A DNA stretch of 64,000 nt from assembly GCA_036336835.1 (NCBI GenBank), contig JAYZFK010000038.1, positions 1 through 64,000 on the forward strand, in the 5' to 3' direction. The DNA is from Myxococcota bacterium. GTDB lineage: Bacteria > Myxococcota_A > UBA9160 > UBA4427. Made by a program: the position numbers and the translations under genes. The notes beneath the pieces were generated by a model. The model did not search any database, was not told the DNA's origin, and saw only the letters and a list, made by a program, of their open reading frames with translations. Shown here in pieces: positions 9,476 to 18,117 of the stretch (position 1 is the stretch's first letter; every line of letters begins with the position of its first letter).

Positions 9476-11127
9476 GCCGACGGGCGCCGACCGTAGACTG
9501 CGATGGGCCGGTCCCAGGCGCGGCCGACGTCGGCGATCCGAGCGTAGTCGCGCGAGAACGAGGTGCCCGGGCGAACGAGATGCTCGAGGTAGGTGAGTGA
9601 GTTCACGACGTAGTCGGGCGCGAGCTCTTCGACCATCCGGGTCGGCACGATGTTGTTCGCCGTGGTGAAGGGCTGGCCCTGGGCGTCGAGCAGGTCCGAG
9701 CGGGGTGGCGGGTAGAACGGCAGCGCCTCTGGCGAGCAGAGTCCCACCGCGTCGAGCACCGGGCCGTGGTAGAAATAGCCGAACACACCGACTTCGCTGA
9801 TCAGCGCGGTTGCCCCCGCCCCGCGTTCGTTCAGCTGCAGCGCGGCCGCGCGGTAGCCCGTGTAGCGCTCGCGCTCCCAGGCTTCCCAGGTCTCGCCGCG
9901 CGGGTCCCGCGCCGCGAGCAGGCCGCGGTTCGCCTCTGCGCCGTCGCTGCGCCACGTGTACTGGTTCGCCGTGGCAAACAGCGCGCACGCGCCCAGCATC
10001 AGCGCCCCGCCAGCGACCGGGCCCAGGCGGAAGAGCCTGGCAGCCCTCACCACCAGACACGCGGCGCCCGCGTACAGCAGCAGCGTCGCCAGGCTGACGA
10101 ACGAGGGCAGATACCAGATCGCCAGCGTGCCGAGCCAGCCGTGGAGCAGCAGGAAGCCGATCGGGTAGAGCGCGTAGACATAGCGGTCCCCGGCGCGCAG
10201 CAGCGTCGGCCCGAGCGCCACCAGGCCGAGCAACGCGAGCCACCAGTGCGCACGGTCGCGAAGGCTCCAGTCGCCCGGATTCAGCCGGCCCTGGAACAGC
10301 ACCGGCTGGGCGCGCCGCTCCCACATGCGAGCGGTGGCGGCGGGAATCGCAGGCAGGCGGTCGACCAGATCGACCGACGTGTCCGCGTACGGCCGGTAGA
10401 TCCGGGGAAAGTTCTGTTTGGCGACGATCGAGTGGGGAACGGGCGAGCCGTAGAACGCGCTCGAGAAGATCAGCCAGGCGAGCGGCAGCAGCGCGAAGGC
10501 CGCGACCCCGCGCCGCGTGAGGCGGCCTCGCCGCAGCAGCACGCCCCATACGATTGGCGCGAGCAGCAATCCCTCGGGCCGCACCAGGGGGGCGAGCGAC
10601 GCGAGGATCAGCGAGGCGAGCGCCCGGTCGCGGCGCAGCGCGTACAGGCAGCCGAGCACGACCGCCACCAGCAGCGCCGCTTCGAAGCCCAGCGAGAAGA
10701 CGTAGACGTCGACGCCGTTGAAGCCGACCAGCGCAGCGGCCAGCAGTGCGGGCCACGGCCGCCCGATCAAGTCGAGCGCGATCAGGAAGGCGAGGACGAC
10801 GATCCCAGTCGACAGGCAGGCATTGGTCGCCAGAGCGATCGGCTCGATCTGCTCGGGTCCGATGACGGCGCCGAGCAGGCCGAGCACGAGCAGCCAGGCC
10901 GGGCTCGTCGAGCCGAGCACCGGCGGGCCGGTGAGATTCCAGGCGGGCCAGCCGTGGAGCGCCAGGTTCCTGGCGTGCCGGAACGTGATGTAGGCGTCAT
11001 CGCTCGGTTGCAGGCCCTGCGAGAGCAGGAACACCGCCGAGCCGATGCCCAGCAGCAGTGCGAGACCGAACATGCGGCGCGATGGCCACGCCGGGAGCTC
11101 GCGGACTGCGGCAGCGGCATCGCTCAT
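9433..11127 (-). CDS. GT-C membrane glycosyltransferase, arabinofuranosyltransferase (AftB)-like
   Basis: DDAYITFRHARNL..G..WN...GSTSP, GFE, RPEG, P.SIVAK, D.VGL motifs. Confidence 0.75.
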   Translation of the reverse strand: MSDAAAAVRELPAWPSRRMFGLALLLGIGSAVFLLSQGLQPSDDAYITFRHARNLALHGWPAWNLTGPPVLGSTSPAWLLVLGLLGAVIGPEQIEPIALATNACLSTGIVVLAFLIALDLIGRPWPALLAAALVGFNGVDVYVFSLGFEAALLVAVVLGCLYALRRDRALASLILASLAPLVRPEGLLLAPIVWGVLLRRGRLTRRGVAAFALLPLAWLIFSSAFYGSPVPHSIVAKQNFPRIYRPYADTSVDLVDRLPAIPAATARMWERRAQPVLFQGRLNPGDWSLRDRAHWWLALLGLVALGPTLLRAGDRYVYALYPIGFLLLHGWLGTLAIWYLPSFVSLATLLLYAGAACLVVRAARLFRLGPVAGGALMLGACALFATANQYTWRSDGAEANRGLLAARDPRGETWEAWERERYTGYRAAALQLNERGAGATALISEVGVFGYFYHGPVLDAVGLCSPEALPFYPPPRSDLLDAQGQPFTTANNIVPTRMVEELAPDYVVNSLTYLEHLVRPGTSFSRDYARIADVGRAWDRPIAVYGRRPSAYSLDSSDTSDTKR

Positions 11128-11234
11128 CAGGCCGATCCTACCGCGTCGGAGTCGACGAAGTTCGTGCATCGACCCCGCCCAATGCGTATTGTGAGCGCGC
11201 GGGCGCCTCGAGGCCGGCGTCATAGGAGGCATGC

Positions 11235-11618
11235 ATGCCGACGATCCTTCCGCTCTACGCCGGAATTCTGGGGCTGATGTCGATCGTACTGGCATCGCTG
11301 GCCGGTCGTCTGCGGGGCAGCACGAAGATCTCCGTCGGAGACGGCGGCGACTCAGAGCTGCTGGTCGCGATGCGGCGCCACGCGAACTTCATCGAGTACG
11401 TGCCGCTCGCGCTGGTGTTGATCGCGCTCGTCGAGATGAGCGGTGCGCCGGCGTTGGCGATCCATCTGCTCGGCGGCGGGCTCGTCGTGTCCCGGCTCTG
11501 CCACGCCATCGGGCTCAACGCGGACACGATCCAGAGTGCCGCCCGCATCGTCGGCGCGGCGGGGACCATGCTGGTCACCCTGGTCGCATCGGTCTGGGCG
11601 ATCGTCTCGTTCGTTTGA
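11235..11618 (+). CDS. MAPEG family membrane protein
   Basis: ISVGDGGD...MRRHANFIEYVP...RLCHAIG; AGGAGG upstream. Confidence 0.9.
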   Translation: MPTILPLYAGILGLMSIVLASLAGRLRGSTKISVGDGGDSELLVAMRRHANFIEYVPLALVLIALVEMSGAPALAIHLLGGGLVVSRLCHAIGLNADTIQSAARIVGAAGTMLVTLVASVWAIVSFV

Positions 11619-11657
11619 CAAGCGTCGGGCAAGCCCGACGGATCCGAGGAGGAAGTA

Positions 11658-12134
11658 ATGCTCGAAGCCGGTACGGCAGCACCCGATTTCACCGTGCAGG
11701 ATCATGAGGGCCGCAGCGTCAGCCTGAGCTCGTTGCGCGGCAAATGGATCGCCATGTGGTGGTATCCCAAGGCCTCGACCCCCGGCTGAACGGTCCAGGG
11801 TCACGGGTTCCGTGATCACGCAGCCGAGATCGAGGCAGCCAACGCCGTCGTGCTGGGGATTTCGTTCGATAGCGTCGAGGACCAGAAGAAGTTCGCCGTG
11901 GCCGAAGGCTTCCCCTACGCCCTGCTCTCCGATTCGGACAAGACGGTCGGCAAGGCGTACGACGCCGAGCGTGTGGAAGGCGAGAAGTACTTCGAGGCCG
12001 GCATTCCGCGGCGCATCAGCTACTTGATCGATCCAGAGGGGAAGATCCACAAGACCTACGACGTAGAGGGCGACAAGCTCGATCTCGGTGGCCACGCCGA
12101 GGCGGTGCTCGCCGACATCCGCGCCGCGAGCTGA
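11658..12134 (+). CDS. bcp: BCP/PrxQ peroxiredoxin with selenocysteine (UGA at codon 44)
   Basis: GAGGAGG RBS; MLEAGTAAPDFTVQD...WYPKASTPG-U(TGA 11787-11789)-TVQGHGFRD, in frame with VLGISFDSVEDQKKF...LLSD...RRISYLID; 158 aa. Confidence 0.88.
11799..11817 (+). promoter_or_regulatory. Candidate bacterial SECIS hairpin
   Basis: GGUCACGG-GUU-CCGUGAUC; 17 nt between the UGA and the apical loop; loop begins with G. Confidence 0.7.
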
Positions 12135-12171
12135 TCGATCGGGTGCGATCCCGCCCCGGGAGGGGACGACC

Positions 12172-13239
12172 ATGCGCGTAGGGCTGTTGGGCATCTACCA
12201 GAACTACCTCGGCCGCGAGAGCGACGAGGCGATGATGCAGCGCGAGATGCATCTCGCCTCGATTGCCGAGGGCCTCGGATACGACAGCTACTGGCCGCCC
12301 GAGCACCACTTCGGCGACTACTCGATGTGCCCCGACAACCTGCAGATCCTGTCCTGGCTGGCAGGTCGCAGCGAGCGCATCCTGCTCGGCACCGGCGCCG
12401 TGATTCTGCCGTGGAACGATCCGCTGCGGGTCGTCGAGAAGTTCGCCGTACTCGACCACCTCTCGGGCGGCCGCGCGCTGCTGGGTCTGGGCCGCGGGCT
12501 CGCGCGCCGTGAGTACGAGCACTTCCAGGTCGACATGGCCGAGGCTCGCGGCCGCTTCGACGAAGCCGCTGGCATGATCTTCAACGCGCTCGAAACGGGA
12601 TTCATCGAGGGAGACGGCCCCTACTACCCGCAGGTTCGAACCGAGATCCGCCCGCGTCCCTTCAAGAGCTGGAAGGATCGCTTCTACTGTGTGGGCATGT
12701 CGCCCGAGTCGGTCGAGACTGGCGCACGGCTCGGCTCCCGACTGATGACGCTTACGCAGCAGCCGTGGGACGTCTACCGGGACGGCACGCTTGCTGAGTA
12801 CCTGAAGCACTGGAGCAAGCATCACGACGAGCCGCCGCGCCCACCGCTGGTGGGCGACCTGCTGTTCTGCGACGAGAGCGCCGATCGCGCGCACGAGATC
12901 GCACACGAGTACGCCGCGAACTACTTCCTGACCGCGGCGGACCACTACGAGTTCCTGAGCGACCACCTGTCGAAGACGAAGGGCTACGAGAACTACGCCA
13001 GCAGCTCGCAGCTGTTCCAGGAGGTCGGCCTCGAGACCGCCGCGAAGGGCTATGTCGAGCTGCACACCTGGGGCACGCCGCAGCAGATCCTCGAGAAGCT
13101 CGAGCAGCGCAGGGCGCTGATCGGCGACTTCGAACTGCTGTGCATCCCCAGCTACGGCGGCTTGTCGACGCAGGACGCCGAAGGGAGCCTGCGTACCTTC
13201 GCCGAGCAGGTGCTCCCCGAGCTGCACTCCTGGCGCTGA
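12172..13239 (+). CDS. LLM-class flavin-dependent oxidoreductase
   Basis: GYDSYWPPEHHF, LGTGAVILPWNDPLR, LDHLSGGR. Confidence 0.9.
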   Translation: MRVGLLGIYQNYLGRESDEAMMQREMHLASIAEGLGYDSYWPPEHHFGDYSMCPDNLQILSWLAGRSERILLGTGAVILPWNDPLRVVEKFAVLDHLSGGRALLGLGRGLARREYEHFQVDMAEARGRFDEAAGMIFNALETGFIEGDGPYYPQVRTEIRPRPFKSWKDRFYCVGMSPESVETGARLGSRLMTLTQQPWDVYRDGTLAEYLKHWSKHHDEPPRPPLVGDLLFCDESADRAHEIAHEYAANYFLTAADHYEFLSDHLSKTKGYENYASSSQLFQEVGLETAAKGYVELHTWGTPQQILEKLEQRRALIGDFELLCIPSYGGLSTQDAEGSLRTFAEQVLPELHSWR

Positions 13240-13291
13240 TCCGGCGGCTCGCACTGCGCGGCGGGCGTCGGAGGTCCGGCTGGCTCGCGCG

Positions 13292-14416
13292 TCAGGCCAG
13301 GCTCGCCAGCTCGCTGAGCTTCACGATGCGTGGCGTCGGCAGCGGATGGCGGTCGGCAAACAGGTAGCGGAGCGTCCACACGCCCTCGCTGTGGCCTTCG
13401 GTGTCGAGCCAGTTCGTGCCCGGAATCTCCGGATCCTCGCGGCACTGGATCACACGCACGGTGCCGTCGGCGCGGTAGACGGCGCGCTCCATGTTCACGT
13501 CGACCGGCCGGTAGCGATAGTCGAACGACTGGCCCCAGTAGTTGCTCAGCACGATCGCCCAGTACTTGCACTCGGGCGGATCGATGTCGATCACGATCGC
13601 TTCGTCGTCGGCCTGCATCCAGTAGCCGCTGGCGTAGAACTGTCCGGGAATGCCATGCTGCGCGGCCGCCGCCTCGTCGTCGCTCTCCCAGAAGGTGTTG
13701 GGTCGGGTCTTCCACAGGTCGGACCAGTCGAAGAAGATCTTGTTGGTGCCGCGGATATAGCCGGCCGAACGCCGCAGCGCGCCCACCACGAACTCGGGCG
13801 TGAGCGGCGGCGGCGGCTGCCTGTCCTCGTCGACGCGCTCGATGTGGAGCCGGGCCGGTGTCTGCCGGCTCCGGTGCGTGAAGGTCTGTCGGATCATCAT
13901 CGTGCGCGTGGCAGGCGTGAGCTTCACCCAGTTCTTGGGCTGCTCGTCGGGCGACAGGAACGCTTCGAACCCGCCGTCGGGGTCGATCTCGAGCTCGTCG
14001 AGGTAGACGAAGTTCTCGGTGCTGCCGCCGCCGCCGCCGAAGGAGCCGCCGTAGATCGCAATCGACATGATGTAGGCGTCGCCGCGCGTGCCCCAGAGTC
14101 GATAGGTGTGCTCGCCCGAGAGGCGCGCGTTGGTGTGGATGTTGTCCGGGTTGTCCCAGCCGATCTTCATCGTCTCGTGCAGGCTCGTGAACAGCCACGG
14201 ACGAGCCGGGTCGCCCCCTTCCATGATCAGCTCGAAGCACGAGCGCACCATGTGCGCCAGGTAGCGGTGTCCCTCGGCGATGTCGACGGGCGACTTCGGT
14301 GCCGTCGGACGCAGCAGATCCTTGCCGCGCTCCTTCAGCGCCTCACAGAATTCGTCCCAGGCTTCGCCGGAAGCCAGGAACTCGTAGGCGTCGACGGCTT
14401 CCTTGGCTCGGGGCAC
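13292..14416 (-). CDS. DUF1214-domain protein
   Basis: KIGWDNPDN, YRLWGTRG, NWLDTEGH. Confidence 0.8.
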   Translation of the reverse strand: MPRAKEAVDAYEFLASGEAWDEFCEALKERGKDLLRPTAPKSPVDIAEGHRYLAHMVRSCFELIMEGGDPARPWLFTSLHETMKIGWDNPDNIHTNARLSGEHTYRLWGTRGDAYIMSIAIYGGSFGGGGGSTENFVYLDELEIDPDGGFEAFLSPDEQPKNWVKLTPATRTMMIRQTFTHRSRQTPARLHIERVDEDRQPPPPLTPEFVVGALRRSAGYIRGTNKIFFDWSDLWKTRPNTFWESDDEAAAAQHGIPGQFYASGYWMQADDEAIVIDIDPPECKYWAIVLSNYWGQSFDYRYRPVDVNMERAVYRADGTVRVIQCREDPEIPGTNWLDTEGHSEGVWTLRYLFADRHPLPTPRIVKLSELASLA

Positions 14417-14484
14417 GGCATCTCCTCGTTCGCGAAGCTTCGCGGCTCCTGTCTAGCCCGCCGTGCGCGGCGGGGTCAACCGAT

Positions 14485-16539
14485 TCACTCGCCGGGAGCG
14501 GGGCCGAAGAACGGGCTCGACCAGGCGGCGCCGTCGTTTTGCTGGACGGCGCGCACGTACAAGAACTCGCCCGGTTCGAGTGGGGCGAGCTCGAGCGCGG
14601 CCGACCACTCGGTCAGCCCCTCGCCGGCGAGTCGCAGCGCGATCTCGCCGCCGCGGATGACGTCGACGCGATCGAGCGGGGCGGCCGAGGCGACGCGAAT
14701 CTCCAGCGTGTGGACCGCATCGCTCGGCATGGCGGGCACGACGCTGCCCATTTCATATCGATCGTCGAGCGTGGTGCGCAGGAAGATCCGCGGGCCGTTG
14801 GTCGCATAGACGCGGCGCTCGCGCAGCGCTGCGAGTACGGCCTCGCGCGACGGCTTGGCGGCGAAGATCGCCGCGAGCCCGCTGTTGCGCGTCGGGGACG
14901 CCAGGTGCGTGAGTCCGGGATGGCCGTCGTGGCTGTCGCCGCTGCCGATCAGGCCCAGCCGGTAGCCGAGGCCGAGCGCATCGCGCACGTAGTTGCCCGG
15001 GACCGGCGAATAGATCGGGCGAGGAGAGTCCTCGGCTTCGCTGCTCCCGTGGACGGACACGATCTCGGTCACCGGCTCGAGCTCGGGATCCGGCGCGTAG
15101 GCCCAGTTGGTCGCGACCGGACCCCCGGCGGAGTGGTGGGCGAAGGTGAGGGCGCGGCGGCCGCGCAGCGCGTCCCACAGCTGCGCCGGGGTCTCGTACC
15201 GTCGTTCGATGCCGATCGAGCTGAGCACGGGCCCGGTGTCGTCGAAGTAGAGCACGTGCCGGTGGCCGTGCAGCCAGCTGGTCCACTCGTAGCCGAGCAG
15301 GGTGACGAAGCGCCCGGGCTCGTGCGCGGCTGCGGCCGCCCGCTGGATGCGCTCCCACATCTCGGGGTTGGCGTCCAGGAAGCGCATGCCCCAGTGGTCG
15401 TGATCGGTGAGTGCCGCGACGTCGAGCCCGCCGATCTCGCGCGCGTAGCGGAAGAAGTCCTCCGGGGTCCCTGTCCCATCGGACAGGTTCGAGTGGCCGT
15501 GCAGGTCCGCCCACAGGATGCGCGGCACTCCCTCGCGCACGACGATCGGGTCCGAGACGGTGACCAGCTCGCGGCTGCCCCCGCGCGCCGATGGATCGTC
15601 GATCGACAGCTGCGCGCGGATGCGGTGGACGCCCGCGGTGAGCGCGCGTCCCAGGACGGACGCGGTTCCCGCGTCGCCTGCGCTCAACCCGACACGGCTC
15701 GGGAACTCGAGCCCTGCCTCGGCCTCGAGTCGCACCTCCCCTTCGACGGTGACGCCCGCATTGCCGAGCGCATCCAGGACCGAGACGCGAAGCTCGATCT
15801 CCTCGCCCGGTTGCGCCGTCGTCGGCTGTCGCAACACCAGGATCGCCGCGGGCCCGGCGTGCGTCGCGATGCGCGGCGACAGCGCCACCACGCCCCGCAC
15901 GCCGTCGCCGTCCGCGTCGACGTGGAGCCAGACTGGCGACTCGCGCTCGGCGTAGCGATCGACGATCGCGCCCGTCGCTCCGGCACCGTAGGTGAGCTCG
16001 ACGGTCTCCCCGGCTTCGAGTGCGCGGCCGGCGACGGTGAAGCCGACCAGTCCCTGGCCGTACGTCTCGGCCGTGAGCTCGACGCCTTCCGCGTCGGTCG
16101 AGGCGGCGGTGTAGCCGTCGTACTGGGGCACCTGGGTCTGCGCGGGCTGCCAGTCCCAGAAGGGCGACGTCTGCAGGAACAGCACGCCCCCCTCGGCGAT
16201 CCCGTGCGGGCCGGCTCGGTAGAGCATGCGCACCCGGGCGCGGCTCCCGGCACGCACCGAGTCGACCGGCTCTCCCACGCCGTCGGGCCCCACAGCGCGC
16301 AGCTCGAGCAGCCTCCCCTCGCCGCCGCCGTCTCCCGGGTGGCGCTCGAGCAGCAGGTCCTCGATCAGGCTGTCGGCGGTCCCGACCTGTGCGTCGGGAG
16401 ACAGTCCGGCGCGGAGATCCGCCGTCTCCGCCGCTTCGAGCGGCTCCTCGGACGGCTCGTCGCTGCCGCAGGCCAGAGCGGCGAGCGCGAGCAGCAGTGC
16501 GGCGCGCGCGACCGCGGGCGGACGCTTCGATTGGACCAC
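14485..16539 (-). CDS. CehA/McbA-like (DUF3604, PHP-fold) metallohydrolase, lipoprotein
   Basis: Lipobox ALAC; WADLHGHSNLSDG, LTDHD, GYEWTS, AHH, GSGDSHDGHPG, RRVYATNG, AWSSP. Confidence 0.8.
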   Translation of the reverse strand: MVQSKRPPAVARAALLLALAALACGSDEPSEEPLEAAETADLRAGLSPDAQVGTADSLIEDLLLERHPGDGGGEGRLLELRAVGPDGVGEPVDSVRAGSRARVRMLYRAGPHGIAEGGVLFLQTSPFWDWQPAQTQVPQYDGYTAASTDAEGVELTAETYGQGLVGFTVAGRALEAGETVELTYGAGATGAIVDRYAERESPVWLHVDADGDGVRGVVALSPRIATHAGPAAILVLRQPTTAQPGEEIELRVSVLDALGNAGVTVEGEVRLEAEAGLEFPSRVGLSAGDAGTASVLGRALTAGVHRIRAQLSIDDPSARGGSRELVTVSDPIVVREGVPRILWADLHGHSNLSDGTGTPEDFFRYAREIGGLDVAALTDHDHWGMRFLDANPEMWERIQRAAAAAHEPGRFVTLLGYEWTSWLHGHRHVLYFDDTGPVLSSIGIERRYETPAQLWDALRGRRALTFAHHSAGGPVATNWAYAPDPELEPVTEIVSVHGSSEAEDSPRPIYSPVPGNYVRDALGLGYRLGLIGSGDSHDGHPGLTHLASPTRNSGLAAIFAAKPSREAVLAALRERRVYATNGPRIFLRTTLDDRYEMGSVVPAMPSDAVHTLEIRVASAAPLDRVDVIRGGEIALRLAGEGLTEWSAALELAPLEPGEFLYVRAVQQNDGAAWSSPFFGPAPGE

Positions 16540-16643
16540 GACCCTGGAGGTAGCACGAACGCTTACGGTCGCGGTCGGCCGCAAAATCGTCGCGGTCGCG
16601 CTCGTCACCCGTTGCGGTGGCGCCGGCCTGGGCGGCGAGCTCG

Positions 16644-17354
16644 TCACGGCTGCAGTCTGCCGAGCAGCACGGCTGCGGCCGTCTCGACCCGCAGGGGGCG
16701 TGCGCCCAGAGAGATCGGCTGCATGCCGGCTGCGCGCAGCGCCTCGACCTCGTGATCGAGGAAGCCGCCCTCGGGTCCCACCGCGACCACGGCGGGCGTC
16801 GGAATGCCGATCGACGCGTCCGGCGCAGCTCCGGGGTGCGCGAACACGCCGCGCGCGTCGGCGAGCAGCGGCGGCAGCTCGTCCTCGACGAAGGGGCGGA
16901 AGCGTCGCCGCAGCAACAGCTCGGGAAGCACAGTGTCGCGCGCCTGCTCGAGTCCGAGTACCAGCTTGCCGCGCAGCGCATCGGGCGCGAGCGCGCTCGC
17001 CTGCCAGTAGGTCTTCTCCACCCGGCGGGTGTGCAGCAAGACGATGCGCTTCACCCCGAAGCTGGTGGCCGAGGCCAGCACGCGGCCGAGCACCGGCGGC
17101 CGGGGGAGCGCCAGGACGAGAGTGGCCGCGAGCGGCGGGGGCGGCTCGCGGTCGAGCTGGACGTCGAGCACGAGCTCGCGGGCATCGAGCGAGACGATCC
17201 GCGCGCTGCCGACGCGATCGTCCAGCAGCCCGACGCACAGCTCGTCGCCGACGCTGGCGCGCAGGATCCGCTTCACGTGCCGCGCGCGCCGGCCGTGCAC
17301 GACCGCGCGACCGTCGCGCTCGAAGTCCTCGGGGCCGAGCAGCAGCAGGTTCAT
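16644..17354 (-). CDS. rsmE: 16S rRNA m3U1498 methyltransferase
   Basis: ALPRP, GLEQARD, VGPEGGF, LGARPLRVETA. Confidence 0.92.
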   Translation of the reverse strand: MNLLLLGPEDFERDGRAVVHGRRARHVKRILRASVGDELCVGLLDDRVGSARIVSLDARELVLDVQLDREPPPPLAATLVLALPRPPVLGRVLASATSFGVKRIVLLHTRRVEKTYWQASALAPDALRGKLVLGLEQARDTVLPELLLRRRFRPFVEDELPPLLADARGVFAHPGAAPDASIGIPTPAVVAVGPEGGFLDHEVEALRAAGMQPISLGARPLRVETAAAVLLGRLQP

Positions 17355-17361
17355 GCCGGGG

Positions 17362-18117
17362 CTAGCGATCCGACAGGAAGCCGATGCGCTGGAAGATCGG
17401 CTGCGGCAGCCAGCGCACCAGGAACATGATCGGTCGCCAGTAGCGCGGCAGGTACGCGAGGGGCCGATCGCGTTCGATCGCGCGGACGATGTCGCGCGCC
17501 ACGTCGGGGGCCTGGCCGAAGAGCGCCGTCTTCGGGTGGTCGGCGGTCATGGGCGTGTCGACCGGGCCGAGCCGCAGCTCGTGCACCGAGACCCCCGCGT
17601 CGTACAACCGGCTGCGCATGCCCTCGAGATAGGTGGTCGTCGCGCTCTTGGCCGAGCCGTAGGTGTAGTTGCGGGGCCGACCGCGATCGCCGGCGACCGA
17701 GGTCAGCACGGCGATGTGGCCGGCGCGTCGCTGCTCCAGGTGGTTTGCGAGCGGAATCAGGAACGAGACGGCGCTCGTGAAGTTGGCCGACAGGGTCTGC
17801 AGCGCCGTGTCGAGGCGGCGTTCGGTCTCGGGCTGGTCGGGCAGCCAGCCGTGCGCGATCACGGCGACGTCGATCGTGCCCAGCGCCGCAATCGCCGCGT
17901 CGACGTGGGCCTCGTTTGCCTCGAGCTGCGAGAAGTCGCCGCTCGACGTGCCGCGTACCGCGGAGGCGAGCTCCTCGGCGAGCTGGCGCAGCCGCGTCGC
18001 GTTGCGGGCGACGAGAAACAGCTCGGCGCCCCGCCGCGCGTACTCGCGGGCGACGTGGCCGGCGATGGCGGAGGTCGCGCCCACGATCAGCACGCGAGGC
18101 TGCGCCGGCCCCGTCAC
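17362..18117 (-). CDS. SDR oxidoreductase, DprE2-like
   Basis: VLIVGATSAIA, SVAGDRGRPRNYTYGSAK, GPVDTPMT. Confidence 0.8.
   Translation of the reverse strand: MTGPAQPRVLIVGATSAIAGHVAREYARRGAELFLVARNATRLRQLAEELASAVRGTSSGDFSQLEANEAHVDAAIAALGTIDVAVIAHGWLPDQPETERRLDTALQTLSANFTSAVSFLIPLANHLEQRRAGHIAVLTSVAGDRGRPRNYTYGSAKSATTTYLEGMRSRLYDAGVSVHELRLGPVDTPMTADHPKTALFGQAPDVARDIVRAIERDRPLAYLPRYWRPIMFLVRWLPQPIFQRIGFLSDR

Noticed and set aside
11658..12134. bcp as a nonsense pseudogene
   Set aside because: The stop is TGA exactly at the catalytic Cys position, has a SECIS-like hairpin, and both halves are intact
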